A stretch of DNA of 64,000 bases, taken from Verrucomicrobiaceae bacterium. Lineage in GTDB: Bacteria > Verrucomicrobiota > Verrucomicrobiia > Verrucomicrobiales > Akkermansiaceae. Where the stretch lies: the NCBI GenBank assembly GCA_051252135.1, contig JBPOGH010000008.1:172372-236371 (forward strand). Reading direction: 5' to 3'. Both the position numbers and the translations under genes were made by a program. This document shows, one piece after another, positions 63,917-64,000 of the stretch (positions within the stretch are counted from its first letter, which is position 1; each line of letters begins with the position of its first letter). The notes below the pieces were generated by a model. That model was not told where the DNA came from, ran no database searches, and worked only from the letters and a program-made list of their open reading frames with translations.

Positions 63917-64000
63917 CTTGGTTGGGGGCTTGGTGGGGGGCTTGGTGGGGGGCTTGGTGGGGGGCTTGGTGGGGGGCTTGGTGGGGGGCTTGGTGGGGGG
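63917..64000 (+). repeat. 12-bp tandem repeat (CTTGGTGGGGGG)n, runs off the window end
   Basis: One variant unit plus six perfect units. Confidence 0.9.

Noticed and set aside
63917..64000. CRISPR array
   Set aside because: Contiguous 12-bp units with no spacers and no cas genes; no CRISPR array seen anywhere in the window
1..64000. tRNA, rRNA, integrase, transposase or prophage genes
   Set aside because: None recognised by eye or in the ORF track; a covariance-model scan was not possible, so small RNAs could be missed

Overview
64 kb of GC-rich bacterial chromosome, most likely Verrucomicrobiota (inferred from PEP-CTERM proteins, CotH/lamin-tail, GEVED, sulfatases and an FPT-x-x-W type ECF sigma factor paired with a Ser/Thr kinase). 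All product calls are from motif recognition by eye; no database searches were run. The left part holds housekeeping genes (tsaE, rplU, rpmA, trmL, mnmG, ribD) and an Rrf2/nirK-cytochrome c/nirV-like/SCO module. Two parS-like palindromes inside mnmG and a C-rich to G-rich strand switch at about 8-13 kb suggest the replication origin is nearby. The best candidate for an undescribed system is 19.3-30.8 kb. It is a tight operon of kinase, C39-like peptidase, coiled-coil membrane protein, GT25, a small Gly-Gly/Cys-tailed protein and an ECF sigma factor. It is flanked by a GT34-like gene, two PEP-CTERM genes and a metalloprotease. One motif, GTCCG-N13-TTCCCAA, occurs five times there in promoter positions, and one copy may drive a roughly 150-nt structured RNA. 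Other highlights: a convergent pair of secreted TPR-CHAT and caspase-like proteases; an integrase-less four-cassette attC array plus a lone cassette with similar left junctions; a shared C-terminal tail on six exported proteins; a MITE; and two gene relics.
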